A stretch of 10,797 bases of DNA, taken from contig JBDRGF010000119.1 of NCBI GenBank assembly GCA_043818055.1, positions 1 through 10,797 on the forward strand. Reading direction: 5' to 3'. The notes beneath the pieces were generated by a model. It did not search any database. It saw nothing but the letters and a program-made list of their open reading frames with translations, and was not told the DNA's origin. The stretch's first letter is position 1. Every line of letters starts with the position of its first letter. A program made the position numbers and the translations under genes. Of the stretch, positions 6,838 to 10,797 are shown piece by piece. The DNA comes from Pseudomonadota bacterium (GTDB lineage Bacteria > UBA10199 > 2-02-FULL-44-16 > JBDRGF01).

Positions 6838-8766
6838 ATGTCCTTTTCAAAAAATAGGAGTCCATTGCCTAAACTTGCGCCAGATACTTATCGAGACAGC
6901 TTTCGTTTCGTTACGAATAGTAGTAAGACAGAAGCAATCGATCTGACTGGAATTGGAAGTTCGTCTGGAAGAGTTAGCGAATTTGATTCTGCAATCGAGC
7001 CGAAGTTTAAAGGCGCTGGGCTTGACCTATCACTATATCACCCTGAAGCTTTTGTGGATGGAGATTTGATAGCGATGAATTTCGAATGGATCTCTGCTGG
7101 GCAAGGGGGAGGTTGCAGGAAGAAAGGGAATAACTTGGCTGAGCTGTTTCTTTCCGACTCTAGTGATAGTGGTGAACGCAGGACTAACCCTAACTCACAT
7201 GGAATATCTGTTACACCAAGTATTGAAGGAGTTAGTGATGGCATTGTTGATCAAGAGCTTATAGCTCAACTTCAGCCAATTTTTGAAAGGGCAGGGGTTG
7301 ATCTTCTTTTGGATGAAAATAGATTGTTACGATGTGAAAAAATAAAGGGTTCTACTTTTAACCTGTGGGACTTTTTGAAATTAGATGGTTTGGAGCATGT
7401 AAGGGTTTTGAAATTGTGGAATTGTAATTTGGGTAACGCTGGAACTAAAGCCCTGGCCGAGAGCCCTCAATTTGCTAATCTGGTGGTGCTATGTTTAGAG
7501 AGAAACCAAATCGGCGATGCTGGAGCTAAATCCCTTGCTAGGAGTCCACATCTTGTGAATTTGGTTGAGTTAGATTTAGAGAAGAACATCATTGGCAATG
7601 CTGGAATTACAGCTCTGGCTAGGAGCCCTATCTTTACAAATCTGACTTTATTGGATCTAGAAAAAAACAAAATTGGTAAATCTGGGGCTAAAGCTCTCGC
7701 AAAAAGTTCAAAACTCACTAATTTAACCATACTACATTTAGGGGCGAATACAATAGGAGAGGTTGGGGCAAAAGCCTTAGCTAAAAGCGAGACTCTCAAA
7801 AATTTGACATGGTTAAATTTAAAGGGAAACAAAATCGGGGACAGTGGAGCCTCAGCTCTTGCTGAAAGTAAGCACCTCAAAAATTTGACTAAACTAGGAT
7901 TGAAAGCAAATGAGATCCGTCTCTCTGGAGCTGTAGCCCTGGCCAAAAGTAGGAATCTTGCCAATTTATCTGTACTTGTTTTAAGCCAAAATGAAATCGG
8001 CAATGATGGAGCCATAGCTTTGGCTAAGAGTAGTCATCTTGGTAAATTGGCTACATTAAGTTTAAATAGAAATTACATAGGTGACGTTGGGGCTATAGCT
8101 ATTGCCGAGAGTCATCATCTCCGTAATTTGACCGGTCTTGATCTACGGCAAAATATAATTGGAAATACTGGAGCTAAAGCTCTGAACGAGAGTCCACATC
8201 TTGTCAAATTGACCGAATTAAATTTAGATGGCAGTAAAATTATGGATACAAGAACCGTGCCAGATTCATGGAAGAAAAACATTGGCGATACTGAAGCTAT
8301 AGCTTTGGCTAACGATCTACTTCTTGCGAATCTAAGCGTGCTAGATTTATGGGAGGAAAATATTGAGGACGCTGGAGCTATAGCTTTGGCTAACAATCCA
8401 CTTCTTGCGAGTTTAAGCGGGCTATATTTATGGGAGAACAGCATCAGTGATAAAGGAGCTAAGGCTTTAGCCAACAGTCCATTCCTTGCGAACTTAACTA
8501 AGCTGGGTTTGAGTGGAAATAGAATCGGCGATGCTGGAGCTAAAGCCCTTGCTGAGAGCCCACATCTACGCAACTTAATTTGGCTAGGTTTAGGAAGAAA
8601 CGAAATCGGAGATGTAGGAGCTATAGCTCTTGCCGGAAGTTCACACTTTGGCAATTTAACTGAACTGGGCTTGTGGGATAATAATATTACCGATACAGGA
8701 ATTACAGCTTTAAAACAGAGTCCACATTTTGCCAATTTGATCAAGTTTGGATTTAAGAGGAGATGA
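6838..8766 (+). CDS. Leucine-rich-repeat protein (27-aa RI-like/GALA-like repeats) with an unrecognised ~187-aa N-terminal region
   Basis: Repeat consensus LTxLxLxxNxIGDxGAxALAxSxHLxN. The ATG at 6838 (MSFSKNRS) is preferred because AGGTG lies 5 nt upstream; alternative starts are 6739 and 6781. No signal peptide or TM segment is evident. Confidence 0.9.
   Translation: MSFSKNRSPLPKLAPDTYRDSFRFVTNSSKTEAIDLTGIGSSSGRVSEFDSAIEPKFKGAGLDLSLYHPEAFVDGDLIAMNFEWISAGQGGGCRKKGNNLAELFLSDSSDSGERRTNPNSHGISVTPSIEGVSDGIVDQELIAQLQPIFERAGVDLLLDENRLLRCEKIKGSTFNLWDFLKLDGLEHVRVLKLWNCNLGNAGTKALAESPQFANLVVLCLERNQIGDAGAKSLARSPHLVNLVELDLEKNIIGNAGITALARSPIFTNLTLLDLEKNKIGKSGAKALAKSSKLTNLTILHLGANTIGEVGAKALAKSETLKNLTWLNLKGNKIGDSGASALAESKHLKNLTKLGLKANEIRLSGAVALAKSRNLANLSVLVLSQNEIGNDGAIALAKSSHLGKLATLSLNRNYIGDVGAIAIAESHHLRNLTGLDLRQNIIGNTGAKALNESPHLVKLTELNLDGSKIMDTRTVPDSWKKNIGDTEAIALANDLLLANLSVLDLWEENIEDAGAIALANNPLLASLSGLYLWENSISDKGAKALANSPFLANLTKLGLSGNRIGDAGAKALAESPHLRNLIWLGLGRNEIGDVGAIALAGSSHFGNLTELGLWDNNITDTGITALKQSPHFANLIKFGFKRR
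7399..8736 (+). repeat. Coding tandem array, 81-nt period: 16 full LRR units plus one 14-codon half unit (8209-8250)
   Basis: Units counted by hand from VRVLKLWNCNLGNAGTKALAESPQFAN to LTELGLWDNNITDTGITALKQSPHFAN. Recurrent DNA motifs such as ATCGGCGATGCTGGAGCTAAA and GCTATAGCT. Confidence 0.92.
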
Positions 8767-8769
8767 TTA

Positions 8770-9879
8770 ATGGCCATTTTTACAAGCACAACAAATCCTT
8801 CTTATTGTTTTACCCCCCCTTCTTTTTCTCCTTTAAAAATTGTTAAGACCCCACTTGAGATAAGGGGTGGAGAAAGAACCCCGACAGATTATTATTTGGA
8901 ACTTCCAAAAGGTGTTGCATTTTGTAAGGGCGAGGGAGTTTGCCTGCCTTCAATGTTAATAGAGTTCAGAGAGAAATCTTTAGAGAAGGGGGATCGTTCT
9001 ACTGTCAGGAACTTAGATGAAACTTTTAAAAATTTGCAAATGCAACTGTATCGAGACTTTTTTGAAATATTTAAGGCGGGCGGTTATTCAATTTTTGGTC
9101 ATCCATGGTTGATATCACAGGAAGAGCTTGAAATGGAATTAGCAGATGACTCCGCTTTTCAACTCGCTACCCCTAGACTAAATATTAAAATTTCTCTAAC
9201 TGGTGATGTTGAGAACGCCCAAGGTGTTTTTCGTGTGGGCTTGCAGCATTCTGATGATATAGTGCGAGCTTTCCTGCCTATGACTTTAAAGCCATGTTCT
9301 TTTCTGATGTCGGGTGCACTGTGTATCGGTTTTAATGTTAAAAAAGGAATAATGATTTTTAAAGAGAGTTCTCGCGATGGTGATTTAACTGATAAGGATA
9401 ACTATCATAGATACGATTTGCAGTATCCTTTGGATAATCGAGTTATCCGCACCGGAAAGATAGATGGTGAATTTTCCAGAAAAGATAGCTTGCTCTATCA
9501 TTTTAGAGATATCTCCGATACTAGAGTAAGAGTGTGCAGTAGCTATATTACGCTCTTTAATGATGAGGGATATAATATGGGGGTATCTATTATCCCTAGC
9601 TTTCACAACCTGCTTTCACAAGGAGCTAAAGCGGTTTTTCTGATTGAAAGCGAAAAGTTAAGGAATCCTTTTTTTGGTGTATTTTTTGAGAATGCGGGTG
9701 AACTCGATTTGTTGAATTCGATAAATTCGATATCGCTAGGTGCAAAACTTATCTTTCAATCCGGTTCTGATCTGGTTCTCAGTTCATCTGAGGGGGATGA
9801 GATAGTAACCGCTAAGGGGTTAAGAAGGATGTTCATTTCAGAAGAAGAAAATGCGATTCTTTCTATAATAAGATTATAA
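8770..9879 (+). CDS. Hypothetical protein, 369 aa
   Basis: Long ORF in AT-rich DNA, 3 nt after the LRR stop, with SD GAGGAG 7 nt before the ATG. No motif recognised. Ser/Thr/Pro-rich N-terminus. Confidence 0.8.
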   Translation: MAIFTSTTNPSYCFTPPSFSPLKIVKTPLEIRGGERTPTDYYLELPKGVAFCKGEGVCLPSMLIEFREKSLEKGDRSTVRNLDETFKNLQMQLYRDFFEIFKAGGYSIFGHPWLISQEELEMELADDSAFQLATPRLNIKISLTGDVENAQGVFRVGLQHSDDIVRAFLPMTLKPCSFLMSGALCIGFNVKKGIMIFKESSRDGDLTDKDNYHRYDLQYPLDNRVIRTGKIDGEFSRKDSLLYHFRDISDTRVRVCSSYITLFNDEGYNMGVSIIPSFHNLLSQGAKAVFLIESEKLRNPFFGVFFENAGELDLLNSINSISLGAKLIFQSGSDLVLSSSEGDEIVTAKGLRRMFISEEENAILSIIRL

Positions 9880-9891
9880 ATAGGAGGATAT

Positions 9892-10287
9892 ATGTCACAA
9901 GTAAATCCGAATAAACCCAACCTAAAGGTAGGCCGAAAAACGTTAGGCAAAGTGAGAATAGCCGCGCCAAATCAAACGAGTAAGCGGGTCGCCTTTTTGC
10001 CACAAACAGCATCACTTCTACCGCTATATTTTTCAAGCAATGCCGCTGTATTGAACAACAGCTTATTAAGCCGAATGAAAAAAAGTTCAACTATACGATA
10101 TGTGGAATTTAGAAAAATTAACAGAGCGTTAAAGAATTTGAACATCACTTTATTAGGTTATGCCAGAAATTTAAGCGGTTTTAGGATGCTACGTGAGTTA
10201 ATCAAAAATAGACAAAATCTAAACCCTGGTAGGGATCGACGTCCTATATTAGACCTCTTGCATAACTTTCATGATTTGAGTTCATAG
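9892..10287 (+). CDS. Hypothetical highly basic protein, probably 3'-truncated by IS5 (native part ~9892-10251)
   Basis: Strong SD AGGAGG, 12 nt after the previous stop. The last ~11 codons and the stop lie inside the IS5 end and overlap the transposase stop. Confidence 0.65.
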   Translation: MSQVNPNKPNLKVGRKTLGKVRIAAPNQTSKRVAFLPQTASLLPLYFSSNAAVLNNSLLSRMKKSSTIRYVEFRKINRALKNLNITLLGYARNLSGFRMLRELIKNRQNLNPGRDRRPILDLLHNFHDLSS

Positions 10288-10603
10288 ATGTAGACTCCAG
10301 CGATGAGGTTGAATCGCAGTCCGAATCTTTTTCTTCGATTGCGGTAACGATCGCTCAGGATTTTAAACCGTTTCATTTTTCCAATCACATTTTCGTTCAA
10401 CACTCGATCTGAAGAAAGTGTCCGATTCTGTCTTTTCTGTTCCGGGGTTAACGGTTTATTCCTGTACGATTTCTGTGCAACCCTGTTCTTCTCGTGACAC
10501 CTCCTCAAGCCGGTATAGCCACTGTCAACCAAGGCTTCGATATCAGGATGAATATGCACTCCACTCTCTTTGAAGAGACGAAAGTCGTAACGTGGCGACG
10601 ACC
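10252..10603 (-). mobile_element. IS5-family (ISL2 group) remnant: right end plus 3' part of transposase
   Basis: The - strand reads GTTATGCAAGAGGTC|TAA just after the transposase stop, resembling ISL2-group terminal repeats and TA/TWA-type targets as I recall them. No matching left IR was found in the window. Confidence 0.78.
10269..10603 (-). pseudogene. DDE transposase C-terminal fragment (DDE_Tnp_4-like), 5'-deleted and frameshifted
   Basis: GRRH-[5-nt GTTAC at 10587-10591]-DFRLFKESGVHIHPDIEALVDSGYTG...PLTPEQKRQNRTLSSDRVLNENVIGKMKRFKILSDRYRNRRKRFGLRFNLIAG. It keeps DSGY and the R-x3-E-x-V-I-G-x-x-K-R-F-K-I motif. The N-terminal HTH and first catalytic Asp are missing. Confidence 0.88.
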
Positions 10604-10656
10604 TCCTCTAGGTTTCTCTTTCCTTCTGGCCTTCTTTAGGATCTTCAGCATGAAGG

Positions 10657-10797
10657 TGTATAATGGTTGGCAAAAACTGGACCAAAAAAGGGGCTTGAAT
10701 AAGGTGTAAAATTGGGGATAAAAAACAAGGCAAGCCCATAGGAAAGGAGCAAGATATGCGAAAGAGGATTGGTTCAGCGATGAAGGCGAAGATTGCG
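10657..10797 (+). mobile_element. Left end of an IS3-family element (runs off the window)
   Basis: TGTATAATGGTTGGCAAAAACTGGACCA resembles IS3-family IRs (TG...AAAACTGGACCA) and is followed by an SD and an OrfA-like start. The exact first base is uncertain (10657-10664). Confidence 0.65.
10756..10797 (+). CDS. IS3-family transposase OrfA, N-terminal 14 codons (partial)
   Basis: SD AAGGAG, then MRKRIGSAMKAKIA, matching the OrfA HTH start 'RKRxSxxFKAKVALEA'. Only 14 residues are visible. Confidence 0.6.
   Translation, partial: MRKRIGSAMKAKIA

Noticed and set aside
8251..8412. Similar repeat pair as a DGR template/variable region, or the 81-nt array as CRISPR
   Set aside because: Mismatches are not adenine-specific in either direction and no reverse transcriptase is present. 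The repeats are degenerate, in-frame and coding, with no spacers or cas genes.
7038..8789. Minus-strand ORFs 7038-7244, 7467-8015 and 8115-8789
   Set aside because: Antisense mirrors of the LRR gene; their periodicity only reflects the sense repeats.
9385..10709. ORFs 9385-9606(-), 9756-9950(-), 9863-10090(-) and 10494-10709(+)
   Set aside because: Antisense to better-supported genes or spanning IS junctions, with no motifs.

Overview
Two compositionally distinct halves. (1) 1-5973, minus strand: a tightly packed housekeeping operon pgpA - cinA - thpR(ligT) - recA - alaS. alaS runs off the left edge and is missing from the ORF track. There is no recX between recA and alaS. A GTAG-type REP doublet sits between pgpA and cinA and supplies the pgpA stop codon. 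(2) About 6000-10797: a visibly more AT-rich accessory region. It holds a divergently transcribed three-gene cassette: a ~642-aa protein with 27-residue leucine-rich repeats and an unrecognised N-terminal domain with an internal duplication, a 369-aa orphan, and a very basic ORF cut by an IS5. The cassette is bracketed by decayed elements, most of them absent from the ORF track. On the left are an IS200 left end with a truncated tnpA and a lytic transglycosylase gene fragment. On the right are an IS5 (ISL2-group) remnant and the start of an IS3-family element. The best candidate for an undescribed system is the LRR/orphan/basic-protein cassette (effector-like or sensor-type). That reading is inference only, and no searches could be run.
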